DNA from: Geopsychrobacteraceae bacterium
GTDB taxonomy: Bacteria; Desulfobacterota; Desulfuromonadia; Desulfuromonadales; Geopsychrobacteraceae
NCBI GenBank assembly: GCA_963662315.1
Contig: OY759353.1
Coordinates: 4,576,001 to 4,640,000 of the forward strand
Length of the DNA: 64,000 nt
Direction of reading: 5' to 3'
In this document: one piece after another, positions 54,608-64,000 of the stretch
Layout of the letters: each line of letters opens with the position of its first letter
Position numbering within the stretch: position 1 is the first letter of the stretch
Notes under the pieces: generated by a model
Told to the model about the DNA's origin: nothing
Database searches by the model: none
The model's input: only the letters and a program-made list of their open reading frames with translations
Position numbers and translations under genes: made by a program

Positions 54608-55389
54608 TGACTGCGGTGAAGACATTTCGTGGTCAGCAATTACACCACAGTGATGCTATTCTGTTGAAGACTACTGTGTACGGTGAAGCAGATCTTATCC
54701 TGGTTTTGTTCAGTCCGGGATATGGTCTGATTAAGGGGTTTGCCAGGGCTGCAAAAAAAAGTATAAAACGCTTTGGGGGCAGTCTTTCATTGTTCTCCAC
54801 ATCCAATTTTTCTTTTAAAGAGGGGCAGGGTGACCTTAAGGTCGTAAGTGATGCTGAACTGGTAAGTTTTCGCAACAATATTAGTGCGGACATGCATTGT
54901 TTTGCTACGGCCAGTTATGGGGTTGAACTGATCGAGATGTTGCTCGTTGCTGAAGAACCCAATCCTGGTGTCTATCGTATGCTGACGGGTTTTCTCGATT
55001 ATCTTAATCAGTACGGTAATAGCGCATTTGCCAAACTTCTTTTTGAACTGCGGCTGGTAGAGGCTTTGGGTTTTCTGCCTCACCTTCTTCATTGCTCGGA
55101 GTGTTATGCAGATATTGGCCAGCAACGTGAGGTAGCTTTCGATGTCAGTCGTGGGGGGGCTTTGTGCTCATCTTGCGGTTACGGTTATGCGTTTGCTGTA
55201 AATCCTGGAACCCTGGGTTCTTTATCGCGTTGTTTAAGGGGCCCCTATGATATCTTTATAGGATTCAAATTCAGTTCCAGGACATTATCCGAAGGGACAA
55301 TGGTTCTTTCTTCCGTTTATCGGCAGATCCTGCCCAAAGAGCCAAAAACACTTAAGTTCATGGCTCAACTTGGAGCCCCTCGTTCTTGA
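54607..55389 (+). CDS. recO: DNA repair protein RecO
   Basis: YGEADLI, ARAAKKS.KRFGG, FELRL...GF.P, two CxxC. Confidence 0.9.
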   Translation: MTAVKTFRGQQLHHSDAILLKTTVYGEADLILVLFSPGYGLIKGFARAAKKSIKRFGGSLSLFSTSNFSFKEGQGDLKVVSDAELVSFRNNISADMHCFATASYGVELIEMLLVAEEPNPGVYRMLTGFLDYLNQYGNSAFAKLLFELRLVEALGFLPHLLHCSECYADIGQQREVAFDVSRGGALCSSCGYGYAFAVNPGTLGSLSRCLRGPYDIFIGFKFSSRTLSEGTMVLSSVYRQILPKEPKTLKFMAQLGAPRS

Positions 55390-55414
55390 CATATTGCAGG
55401 GCCAAAGATAAACT
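55386..55414 (+). promoter_or_regulatory. Sigma-70 promoter for glyQS
   Basis: TTGACA-17-TAAACT about 60 nt before glyQ. Confidence 0.55.
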
Positions 55415-55475
55415 CCCAAAGTTCATTAGATTTTACCGGTTACAGCAGCACCGTTTATAAATTTTTGGAGGACAT

Positions 55476-56348
55476 GTGACTTTTCAGGACTTAATTCTTT
55501 CTTTGCAAAACTATTGGGCCAGCCAGGGTTGTATTATTCAGCAGCCATATGATATTGAAAAAGGTGCCGGCACTTTTAATCCTGCTACTTTTCTCAGGGC
55601 ATTAGGTCCGGAACCATGGCATGTTGCTTATGTTGAGCCTTCCCGTCGCCCTACCGATGGTCGTTACGGTGAGAATCCCAACCGGCTTCAGCATTATTAC
55701 CAGTTCCAGGTTCTTTTGAAACCGTCCCCTATCAATATCCAGGATCTTTACCTGAACTCCCTGAAAAGTTTTGGTTTGGACCCTAATGCTCATGATATTC
55801 GTTTTGTCGAAGACGATTGGGAATCACCAACCCTTGGAGCCTGGGGGCTAGGCTGGGAGGTTTGGCTTGATGGCATGGAAATCACTCAGTTTACCTATTT
55901 TCAGCAATGCGGTGGTATCGATCTTAAGCCGATCCCCGGGGAAATTACCTACGGGATTGAACGGATTGCCATGTATCTGCAGGGCGTTGATAACGTTTAT
56001 GATCTTGAATGGGTTGACGGTATCAAGTATGGCGATGTGCACCACCAGACAGAAGTTGAATTTTCTCATTACAATTTTGAGCAGGCTGATACGGCTATGC
56101 TTTTCCAACTGTTTGATATGTATGAGAAGGAATGCATCCGCCTGGCTGAAAATGAACTGGTGTTTCCTGCCTACGACTTTGTTTTGAAATGTTCACACGC
56201 TTTTAATCTGCTGGATGCCAGAAGTGCTATTTCTGTTACTGAGCGGGCCAGCTATATCGGTCGTGTCAGGAATATGGCTAAGCTTTGTGCGACTGGTTAT
56301 GTTGCGCAGCGTGAAAAGCTTGGCTATCCACTTTTGAAAAATAAATAA
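55476..56348 (+). CDS. glyQ: Glycine--tRNA ligase alpha subunit
   Basis: [29 protein letters not shown]. Confidence 0.99.
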   Translation: MTFQDLILSLQNYWASQGCIIQQPYDIEKGAGTFNPATFLRALGPEPWHVAYVEPSRRPTDGRYGENPNRLQHYYQFQVLLKPSPINIQDLYLNSLKSFGLDPNAHDIRFVEDDWESPTLGAWGLGWEVWLDGMEITQFTYFQQCGGIDLKPIPGEITYGIERIAMYLQGVDNVYDLEWVDGIKYGDVHHQTEVEFSHYNFEQADTAMLFQLFDMYEKECIRLAENELVFPAYDFVLKCSHAFNLLDARSAISVTERASYIGRVRNMAKLCATGYVAQREKLGYPLLKNK

Positions 56349-56395
56349 AATTATTCGGTAGCTACTCGCTATCTTGCATTTACGCGGAGAAATTC

Positions 56396-58459
56396 ATGTC
56401 AGCAGAATTGTTTCTCGAATTGGGAACAGAAGAATTGCCTGCCGGATTCATTCCGAAAGCACTCAATGATCTTCAAAGCCTTTTCAGCCAGGAATTGGCG
56501 GCCGCGCGTATCTCCTTCGGTGATGTGCGAACTTTTGCGACTCCGAGACGCCTCGCTATTTCGATACAAAATGTCGCTTTTCAGCAGCAACGTCAGGAAT
56601 TGGCAATTACCGGTCCTCCGGCCAGGATCGCTTATGATGCTGAAGGCAAACCGACCAAGGCTGCGGAGGGCTTTGCGCGTACCAATGGGGTATCGGTTGC
56701 TGAGCTCAAAACCATTGAAACCGAAAAGGGTGAATACCTCTTCATTGAAAAAGTTATTGAAGGAGGAGAAACCCAGACAGAACTTCCCGGAATTTTTGAG
56801 CGTGTTGTCAGTAAGCTTACCTTCAAGAAGTCGATGCGCTGGAAGGACCTTGATGTGCGTTTTGCCAGGCCTATGCATTGGATCGTGGCTCTTTTTAATA
56901 AAGAGATCGTGCCTTTTGCTTATGGTGAACTGTCCAGTAGTAATCGTTCCCGTGGACATCGTTTTATGGCCCCTGGTGAATTTACTGTCAGTGGTGTCGA
57001 AGATTACCTGCAGCAAGCTGAACAACATCATGTGATACCAGATGTTGCCAAACGGCGTCAATTAATCGAAGCGCAATTGGCCGAGTTAGCCAAATCTTTG
57101 GGAGGGCGTATAAATCCTGATGAAGAGCTTCTCGAAGAGGTCAGTTTTCTGGTTGAGTCACCACAGGCGCTGGCGGGAACTATTGCTGATAGTTTTTTGC
57201 AACTTCCTGATGAACTATTGATTACCAGCATGCGTGAGCATCAACGTTATTTCACCCTGGTCGATGACAAAGGGCAGTTGATGCCACACTTTATTACCAT
57301 TGCCAATACCCACGCTATTGATCCCAAGGTTGTTGTGGCCGGAAACGAACGTGTTCTTAAAGCTCGCCTGTCCGATGCCATGTTTTTCTGGCAGGAAGAT
57401 CAAAAGGTTAAGCTTGAAGAACGTCTTGAACCGCTTAAAAAAGTTGTTTATCAGGCAAAGCTTGGTACGAGTTACGAAAAGGTCAGCCGCTTTACTCAGC
57501 TTGCCGTCGAACTGGCGACAAAATTTGCCCCTGCGGATGTTGAGTTGACCAGAAGAGCTGCCCAGTTGGCGAAATGTGACCTTGAGACCGGGATGGTTTA
57601 TGAATTCCCGGAATTGCAGGGGGTCATGGGACGTGAGTATGCCACGCTGGAAGGTGAGGATCCGCGTGTCGCGGCGGCGATCTACGAGCATTACCTTCCA
57701 ATTCAGGCCGGGGGGGATTTGCCTTCCGATCATATCGGTGCTTTTGTCTCTTTAGCCGATAAGATGGATACTATTTGCGGCTGCTTCAGTGTCGGTCTCA
57801 TTCCTACTGGTACCGCTGATCCCTACGCTCTCAGACGTTGTGCGATCGGTATTTTGAGTATTATCCTGGATCGAGGCTACACCCTGTCAATTCCGGAACT
57901 GGTGACTAAGAGCGTTACTCTGCTTCAAGAAAAACATTTACGCGCGGCAGACGATATTGTTAATGATGTCTGTGAGTTTATCCGTCTGCGTCTGGTCAAT
58001 ATGCTGACCTCGCGCGATTTTGCCGCTGATGTTGTCGATGCTGTGTTGGCGGCACGCTTTGATGCCCCTGTTGATGCCGTCAAACGTATTGAGGCCTTAT
58101 CTGAGCTTAAAAAGCGCGAAGATTTTGAGGCTTTATCTGTTGCGTTCAAACGGGTTGGCAACATTATAAAAGGTGGCCTCGAACAACCAGTCAATACCGC
58201 TCTATTTGAAGCAGACAGTGAGAAGGTCTTATTCCGCGAGGTAGAAGACGTTGAAAAGCGTGTTGCTGCTGTTATTGCAACGGGTGATTATCTTATCGCC
58301 CTAGAAGCTGTTGCGAGTCTCAGGCCTGCTGTTGACGCCTTTTTCGAAGGCGTCATGGTCATGGCAGATGATGTTGCTGTGAAAAATAACCGTTTGGCTT
58401 TGTTAACGCAGATTGCAAGAATTTTTCAGGATATTGCTGATTTTGGCCGTTTGTCCTGA
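56396..58459 (+). CDS. glyS: Glycine--tRNA ligase beta subunit
   Basis: ELGTEELP, TPRRLA, EFPELQGVMG, DPYALRR. Confidence 0.98.
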   Translation: MSAELFLELGTEELPAGFIPKALNDLQSLFSQELAAARISFGDVRTFATPRRLAISIQNVAFQQQRQELAITGPPARIAYDAEGKPTKAAEGFARTNGVSVAELKTIETEKGEYLFIEKVIEGGETQTELPGIFERVVSKLTFKKSMRWKDLDVRFARPMHWIVALFNKEIVPFAYGELSSSNRSRGHRFMAPGEFTVSGVEDYLQQAEQHHVIPDVAKRRQLIEAQLAELAKSLGGRINPDEELLEEVSFLVESPQALAGTIADSFLQLPDELLITSMREHQRYFTLVDDKGQLMPHFITIANTHAIDPKVVVAGNERVLKARLSDAMFFWQEDQKVKLEERLEPLKKVVYQAKLGTSYEKVSRFTQLAVELATKFAPADVELTRRAAQLAKCDLETGMVYEFPELQGVMGREYATLEGEDPRVAAAIYEHYLPIQAGGDLPSDHIGAFVSLADKMDTICGCFSVGLIPTGTADPYALRRCAIGILSIILDRGYTLSIPELVTKSVTLLQEKHLRAADDIVNDVCEFIRLRLVNMLTSRDFAADVVDAVLAARFDAPVDAVKRIEALSELKKREDFEALSVAFKRVGNIIKGGLEQPVNTALFEADSEKVLFREVEDVEKRVAAVIATGDYLIALEAVASLRPAVDAFFEGVMVMADDVAVKNNRLALLTQIARIFQDIADFGRLS

Positions 58460-58587
58460 TGATAAGATAAACACCTGAATGTTTTTAATCTTTTAGATTC
58501 GGGTCAGAAGTTTTGTTGTTCCTTACACCCGTCTGCTTCAGGCGGGTTGATTTAATAAAGTTTTATTGATGAGTTCGAGGAGACAGC

Positions 58588-61254
58588 ATGACAAAGTACG
58601 TTTATTCCTTCGGTGAAGGACAGGCAGACGGGTCAGGGTCGATGCGAGTACTGCTTGGGGGCAAAGGTGCCAATCTCGCGGAGATGACGGCGATCGGATT
58701 ACCAGTTCCTCCCGGTTTTACGCTGACAACGGACGTTTGTATGGCATTTTATGCAAACGATCGCAATTATCCTGATAGCTTGCGGGATGAGGTAGCCAGT
58801 GCCCTGAAACTTCTGGAAAGCAGAATGGGAAAAGGGTTTGGTGATCGCAGCAATCCGCTATTGGTTTCCGTGCGGTCGGGAGCTCCGGCATCCATGCCTG
58901 GGATGATGGATACCGTTCTGAACCTGGGCTTGAATGACGCAACTATTCAGGGTGTTATTGACCAAAGTAAAGATCCTCGCTTTGCCTACGACTCCTATCG
59001 GCGTTTTATCCAGATGTATGCCAACGTTGTTAAGGGGATGGATGGTGAAATCCTTGAACACCTTCTTGAAGAAGCCAAAGAGAAAAAAGGTGTGCAGCTC
59101 GATACCCAGCTGAACGCAGAAGACCTTCAGCAGCTGGTCAGCGCTTTTAAGGCCGCCTACCTCGAGCAGTTGGGGGAGGCGTTCCCGGAAGATCCTCAAG
59201 AACAGCTATGGGGAGCTATTGGTGCTGTTTTTGGTTCGTGGATGAATCCGCGCGCCGTTACGTACCGTAAACTAAATAATATTCCCGAAGATTGGGGTAC
59301 CGCTGTCAATGTGCAGGGGATGGTTTTTGGCAACATGGGGGACGACTGTGCTACCGGCGTGGCCTTTACCCGTGATCCCGCTACCGGTGAAAACTACTTC
59401 TATGGAGAGTTTCTGGTTAATGCCCAAGGGGAGGATGTTGTCGCTGGTATTCGCACCCCACAGCCGATAAACCGGGCCAAACAGAAAGATGGTGATCTTC
59501 CCTCCATGGAAGAGGTGCTCCCGGAAAGTTATCAGCAACTCGTCCAAATTCGTGAGATCCTGGAAAACCATTACAAAGACATGCAGGATATTGAGTTTAC
59601 TATCGAAAAAGGCAAGCTCTACATGCTGCAGACCCGGACTGGCAAGCGGACCGCCCAGGCAGCAATTAAAATTGCCGTCGACATGGTGGCTGAACAACTT
59701 ATTACTGAGAAGGACGCGGTTCTGCGAGTTGCGCCTTCCCAGCTTGATCAGTTGTTGCATCCGTCCATGGATCCGAATGCCACTAAAGAGGTTATGGCCA
59801 AAGGATTGCCCGCCTCGCCCGGCGCGGCCAGCGGACAGGTGGTGTTTAACGCCGAAGAGGCCGAAGAACAAAACCGTCTCAAGAAAAAGGTCATTCTGGT
59901 GCGGGTCGAGACCAGTCCTGAAGATATTCATGGCATGAATGCCGCTCAGGGGATTCTCACCGCGCGTGGCGGCATGACGTCACATGCGGCAGTTGTCGCC
60001 CGGGGCATGGGGAAATGCTGTGTGTCGGGATGTAGTGAAATCAAAATCGATTACGAGAAGCAGCAATTTACGACCAAGTCCGGTTATGTCGTTAAAAAAG
60101 GGGATGCGATTACTCTCGATGGCAGTACAGGTGAGGTCATCCTTGGTGTGGTGCCCAAAATTCAACCTTCACTCAGTGGCGATTTCGCCATTCTCATGGA
60201 GTGGGTTGATAAGTTCCGGCGCCTGAAAGTCAGAACCAATGCCGATACGCCTCACGATTCTCAGGTCGCACGTGATTTTGGCGCTGAAGGGATCGGGCTG
60301 TGCCGGACTGAGCACATGTTTTTTGAAGGGGATCGGATTCAGGCTGTCCGCGAGATGATTCTCGCCAGTAACCTGGAAGGGCGCAAGAAAGCTCTCGATA
60401 AAATCCTGCCGATGCAAAAAGGAGATTTTATCGGTCTGTTCAGGGTTATGAAAGGGTTGCCGGTAACGATTCGTCTACTGGACCCGCCACTGCATGAATT
60501 CTTGCCGCAGACTGACGATGATGTCTCAGAGTTAGCTCATGCTGTTGGCATGAAGTTCAGTGAAGTTAAGGCCCATGTCGCGCAATTGCACGAGTTTAAT
60601 CCGATGCTGGGTCACCGGGGTTGTCGCTTAGCCATCACTTATCCGGAAGTCTACGATATGCAGGTGCGCGCTATTATGGAAGCCGCTTGTGAACTGGTCA
60701 AGAATGAAGGGTTCGAGATCGTCCCGGAAATCATGATTCCACTGGTTGGTCATGTTAATGAATTGCGTATTCTTCGGGCCAATGCTGTCCGGATTGCTGA
60801 AGCGGTTTGCAGCCAATATGGTGTGAAGGTCAATTACCTGATCGGAACGATGATCGAATTGCCCCGAGCGGCATTAACTGCAGATGCCATTGCCCAGGAA
60901 GCTGAATTCTTTTCTTTTGGAACCAATGACCTGACCCAGACCACTTATGGCTTATCTCGGGATGATGCCGGTCATTTTCTCCCTGATTATGTGGAGCGGG
61001 GGGTTCTGAAAAAGGATCCGTTTGTTGCACTTGATCAGCGCGGTGTCGGCGAACTGGTTAAAATTGGTTTTGAACGTGGCCGCAGTACCCGTAATAATCT
61101 AAAGGTGGGGATTTGTGGCGAGCATGGTGGTGAACCGAGTAGTGTTGCGTTCTGCCATAAAATCGGGCTGGATTATGTGTCCTGTTCCCCTTATCGCATT
61201 CCCATCGCCAGGCTTGCGGCAGCTCATGCTGCATTAAGCGAAATAGAGGAATAG
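58588..61254 (+). CDS. ppdK: Pyruvate, phosphate dikinase
   Basis: LLGGKGANLAEM, SMPGMMDT, GGMTSHAAVVARG, FSFGTNDLTQ. Confidence 0.98.
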   Translation: MTKYVYSFGEGQADGSGSMRVLLGGKGANLAEMTAIGLPVPPGFTLTTDVCMAFYANDRNYPDSLRDEVASALKLLESRMGKGFGDRSNPLLVSVRSGAPASMPGMMDTVLNLGLNDATIQGVIDQSKDPRFAYDSYRRFIQMYANVVKGMDGEILEHLLEEAKEKKGVQLDTQLNAEDLQQLVSAFKAAYLEQLGEAFPEDPQEQLWGAIGAVFGSWMNPRAVTYRKLNNIPEDWGTAVNVQGMVFGNMGDDCATGVAFTRDPATGENYFYGEFLVNAQGEDVVAGIRTPQPINRAKQKDGDLPSMEEVLPESYQQLVQIREILENHYKDMQDIEFTIEKGKLYMLQTRTGKRTAQAAIKIAVDMVAEQLITEKDAVLRVAPSQLDQLLHPSMDPNATKEVMAKGLPASPGAASGQVVFNAEEAEEQNRLKKKVILVRVETSPEDIHGMNAAQGILTARGGMTSHAAVVARGMGKCCVSGCSEIKIDYEKQQFTTKSGYVVKKGDAITLDGSTGEVILGVVPKIQPSLSGDFAILMEWVDKFRRLKVRTNADTPHDSQVARDFGAEGIGLCRTEHMFFEGDRIQAVREMILASNLEGRKKALDKILPMQKGDFIGLFRVMKGLPVTIRLLDPPLHEFLPQTDDDVSELAHAVGMKFSEVKAHVAQLHEFNPMLGHRGCRLAITYPEVYDMQVRAIMEAACELVKNEGFEIVPEIMIPLVGHVNELRILRANAVRIAEAVCSQYGVKVNYLIGTMIELPRAALTADAIAQEAEFFSFGTNDLTQTTYGLSRDDAGHFLPDYVERGVLKKDPFVALDQRGVGELVKIGFERGRSTRNNLKVGICGEHGGEPSSVAFCHKIGLDYVSCSPYRIPIARLAAAHAALSEIEE

Positions 61255-61274
61255 AGAGTACTTCCAATATGTCT

Positions 61275-61312
61275 AAAAAAGCTCCGGAGATTGAGTTTCC
61301 GGAGCTTTTTTT
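61275..61312. terminator. Bidirectional terminator between ppdK and the GGDEF/EAL gene
   Basis: aaaaaagctccgga ... tccggagcttttttt. Confidence 0.85.
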
Positions 61313-61365
61313 GTCGTTCACACCGTTTTTTTTGGGGGGGGGAATGGCTAAAGAGCGAGCGCTTT

Positions 61366-63546
61366 TTATTGAGCTTTAAGGCCGTGTCTGGCCGTAAAGG
61401 CCAGGAACTCTTGCTTTGTCAGAGGTTTGCTGTAATAAAAACCCTGCGCAATGCAATGCCCCTGTTTCTTTAAATATTCATGTTGAATACGTGTCTCCAC
61501 TCCTTCGGCAATAAAATTCAGCTTAAGACCAGTCGATACATTGATCATGGCAGGTATGATGGTATCCTGAGGGCATTCCGTTGTAATCTTCTTCATGAAA
61601 GAACGATCCAATTTCAGAGTATGCAGGGGGAGATGGTCCAGATAGCTTAATGATGAATAACCGGTGCCAAAATCATCAATAGCGATTTTTACTCCGGCGT
61701 CAGTGAGGTTGACAATATTGGCAATGGTTTTTTTCATATTCTGAACCAGAACATTCTCTGTAAGTTCAAGTTCAATTTCTTTTGGTGCAATAGCATAAGC
61801 CGCCAGACGGTCAAGTACATATTCTGAGAAATTTTCATCGGATAATTGTTGGGCTGAAATGTTTATCGAGATGTTGACATGTAGGCCTTCCCTGTTCCAG
61901 CTATGAATATCCTGACAAACTTTTTCCAGGACAATGCTTCCGATATCGCAAATCAGAGAAGTCTCTTCGGCAATGTCAATAAATTTTCCTGGTAAAATCA
62001 ATTTGTCGTTAGGCGACTGAATGCGGACCAGTGCTTCAGCGGCATGGATTTTCAGGGAATCAATATCTATCTGGGGTTGATAGTGAACAACAAACCGATC
62101 GTGTTTGATGGAATCTCGGACCAGGTTTTCAATAAACACTTTCTGGCTGTTTTGGTTTTTTAAATTTTTATCGTACAGGCAGGAGCGGCTGGTGGATTTT
62201 TCTTTGGCATTGCACAGGGCCGTATCAACATTTTTTAGGAGCTCTTCCTGGGTCTCGCCATGCTCGGGACAGATTGCAACCCCGATACTCAAGGTAAAAT
62301 GGATATCGTGACCATTATGTAAAAAGGGAATACCTGTCTGGGTGATGATTTTATCTGCAACAGTCATTGCATCGTGCTGAGTATTGATATCGGGCAGCAG
62401 CAAAATAAACTCGTCGCCACCAAGACGGGCGAGGGTGTCGCCTTCACGAACACAACGATGCAGGCTCTCTGCAAAATTCTGTAAAAATTCATCGCCAACC
62501 GCCTGACCGTATGTATCATTGATCAGTTTGAAGCGATTGATGTCAATGGAGAGAATTGCGAAGCGCTCTCTGGTCTGACAGGCATGTTTGATCAGGGCCG
62601 CAATTCGGTCGTTGATAAGCCTCCGGTTGGGTAAGCCGGTGAGCAGATCGTGATTCATCTGATAGCGGATGATTTCCTCTGATTTCTTTCGGTCGGTAAT
62701 GTCACGAGCGACGCCGTAGGATCCAATAAAGTTGATATTATCGGTATTATGCTGGCTGAGTTTATATCCACCGGTCAGTCGTTTCTCAATGTTAAGGGCC
62801 CGCACTTCAACGTGGCGGATCTCTTTGCGGTCTTTTGTCAGCAGACAGAGCTCAAGGTTTTTGATGCTCTTGGGAATTAGCCGGTTGGAAAAAAACAGTT
62901 TGGCTTTCTCTTTATCTTTGGGATGAATAATTTCGGAATAATGCTTTCCGATCATCTCTTTACGACTGTAACCGAGCGAGCGGACGGTATTTTTATTGAC
63001 GAAAACAAAGTAGCCGTTGCGATCAAGCATGTAAAGCAGATCGGGGGAGTTATGGACAATAAAACGATGTAGAGCCTCGGATTCTTCAAGACGTTGAAGC
63101 ATCTTCTGGTTTTGCTGTGACAGTAGTCGATTTTCGAAAACCTGATTGATGGCGTGCAACAGTTCTTCTGGACGGTATGGTTTGCGGATAAAATCCTTGG
63201 CCCCTGACTTCAAAACCTGAATGGCTCGCTGGACTTCTTTTTCGCCACTGACGACAATAACGCAGGTATCAATGTTGTTGTGATTGATATAATCAATGAC
63301 TCCTTCACCGTTAAGCCCCGGCATTTCAAGATCAAGAAGGATAATATCAAAGGGCTCATTGCGGCATTCATCAATCTTCTGAATGGCGACAAGGCCATTT
63401 TCCGCAGCAGATGAATCCATTCCTTCAGTGGCGAGAATGCCCTGAATGCTACGAAGCAATACCGGATCATCATCAACAACGAGGATCTTAATCAGGTACC
63501 GTGCAAAGAGATTTTCCTGAATTTTTGAAATATAGGCTGTCTCCAT
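61366..63546 (-). CDS. Response regulator REC-PAS-GGDEF-EAL (c-di-GMP cyclase/phosphodiesterase)
   Basis: VVDDD, LLDLEMP, KPY; PAS; REGD-x5-GGDEF; EAL, DDFGTGYSS. Confidence 0.95.
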   Translation of the reverse strand: METAYISKIQENLFARYLIKILVVDDDPVLLRSIQGILATEGMDSSAAENGLVAIQKIDECRNEPFDIILLDLEMPGLNGEGVIDYINHNNIDTCVIVVSGEKEVQRAIQVLKSGAKDFIRKPYRPEELLHAINQVFENRLLSQQNQKMLQRLEESEALHRFIVHNSPDLLYMLDRNGYFVFVNKNTVRSLGYSRKEMIGKHYSEIIHPKDKEKAKLFFSNRLIPKSIKNLELCLLTKDRKEIRHVEVRALNIEKRLTGGYKLSQHNTDNINFIGSYGVARDITDRKKSEEIIRYQMNHDLLTGLPNRRLINDRIAALIKHACQTRERFAILSIDINRFKLINDTYGQAVGDEFLQNFAESLHRCVREGDTLARLGGDEFILLLPDINTQHDAMTVADKIITQTGIPFLHNGHDIHFTLSIGVAICPEHGETQEELLKNVDTALCNAKEKSTSRSCLYDKNLKNQNSQKVFIENLVRDSIKHDRFVVHYQPQIDIDSLKIHAAEALVRIQSPNDKLILPGKFIDIAEETSLICDIGSIVLEKVCQDIHSWNREGLHVNISINISAQQLSDENFSEYVLDRLAAYAIAPKEIELELTENVLVQNMKKTIANIVNLTDAGVKIAIDDFGTGYSSLSYLDHLPLHTLKLDRSFMKKITTECPQDTIIPAMINVSTGLKLNFIAEGVETRIQHEYLKKQGHCIAQGFYYSKPLTKQEFLAFTARHGLKAQ

Positions 63547-64000
63547 TATTTAGATTCGCCTTTGCACGATTTAAGGTTGCGGGGAATTAACAGTTTGAAC
63601 TCAGTTCCTGCCTGCGGAGCTGAATAGCAGGAAATATGACCATGCAGTTCATCAACCAGAGTTTTGACAATTGTAAGGCCAAGTCCAGAGTGTCCTGTTT
63701 TTGTACTTTCTACCGGTTGGAATAGATTTGTTAATATCCTCTCCGGTATGCCCGGCCCATTGTCACGAATAGAGACCTCTATGTACTTCCGGTTGTCCTG
63801 GTAATAATTATCTCTGGTTGTTATTACAATTGTACCGCCTTCCGGAAGAGCTTCAACCGCGTTCTTGATGATATTGATCAGGATCTGCTTGAGGTTGTCA
63901 GCTTCTGATAGAATGGTCGGGATGTGATTGTCAAGAAGCAGTTCCGAAGAAATCTTACGCGCCTGATAGATAGAGCCTAGGAAGAGCTGATTGATACTGG
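63546..64000 (-). CDS. Sensor histidine kinase, C-terminal HATPase part (runs off window)
   Basis: Translated by hand: QILINIIKNAVEA, DNGPGI, FQP, HSGLGLTIV...KGESK*; TAA at 63546-63548 overlaps the next ATG. Confidence 0.9.
   Translation of the reverse strand, partial: SINQLFLGSIYQARKISSELLLDNHIPTILSEADNLKQILINIIKNAVEALPEGGTIVITTRDNYYQDNRKYIEVSIRDNGPGIPERILTNLFQPVESTKTGHSGLGLTIVKTLVDELHGHISCYSAPQAGTEFKLLIPRNLKSCKGESK

Overview
Mostly housekeeping chromosome from an anaerobic deltaproteobacterium (Desulfuromonadales/Geobacter-like, inferred from gene order and content). Positions 20.1-53.1 kb hold the canonical tRNA-tuf-rpmG-secE-nusG-rplKAJL-rpoBC-str-S10-spc-alpha supercluster. It is flanked on the left by rlmD, ispG, proS, pyrF and rlmB, and on the right by mgtE-recO-glyQS-ppdK and a histidine kinase/REC-PAS-GGDEF-EAL pair. 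The accessory part (2-12.3 kb) holds the main discovery. A divergent Cys-rich LysR gene faces a two-gene porin-cytochrome operon: a lipoprotein decaheme cytochrome c plus an MtrB/PioB-like beta-barrel. The ORF track splits the barrel in two, but it reads as one 784-codon frame (7798..10152, minus strand) interrupted by a single in-frame UGA at 8278-8280. That UGA is followed by a hairpin with bacterial SECIS geometry, so the barrel is very probably a selenocysteine-containing outer-membrane protein. It also carries its own CXXCH heme motif and lies directly upstream of the selenium-metabolism marker gene yedF. No CRISPR array or mobile element was seen.
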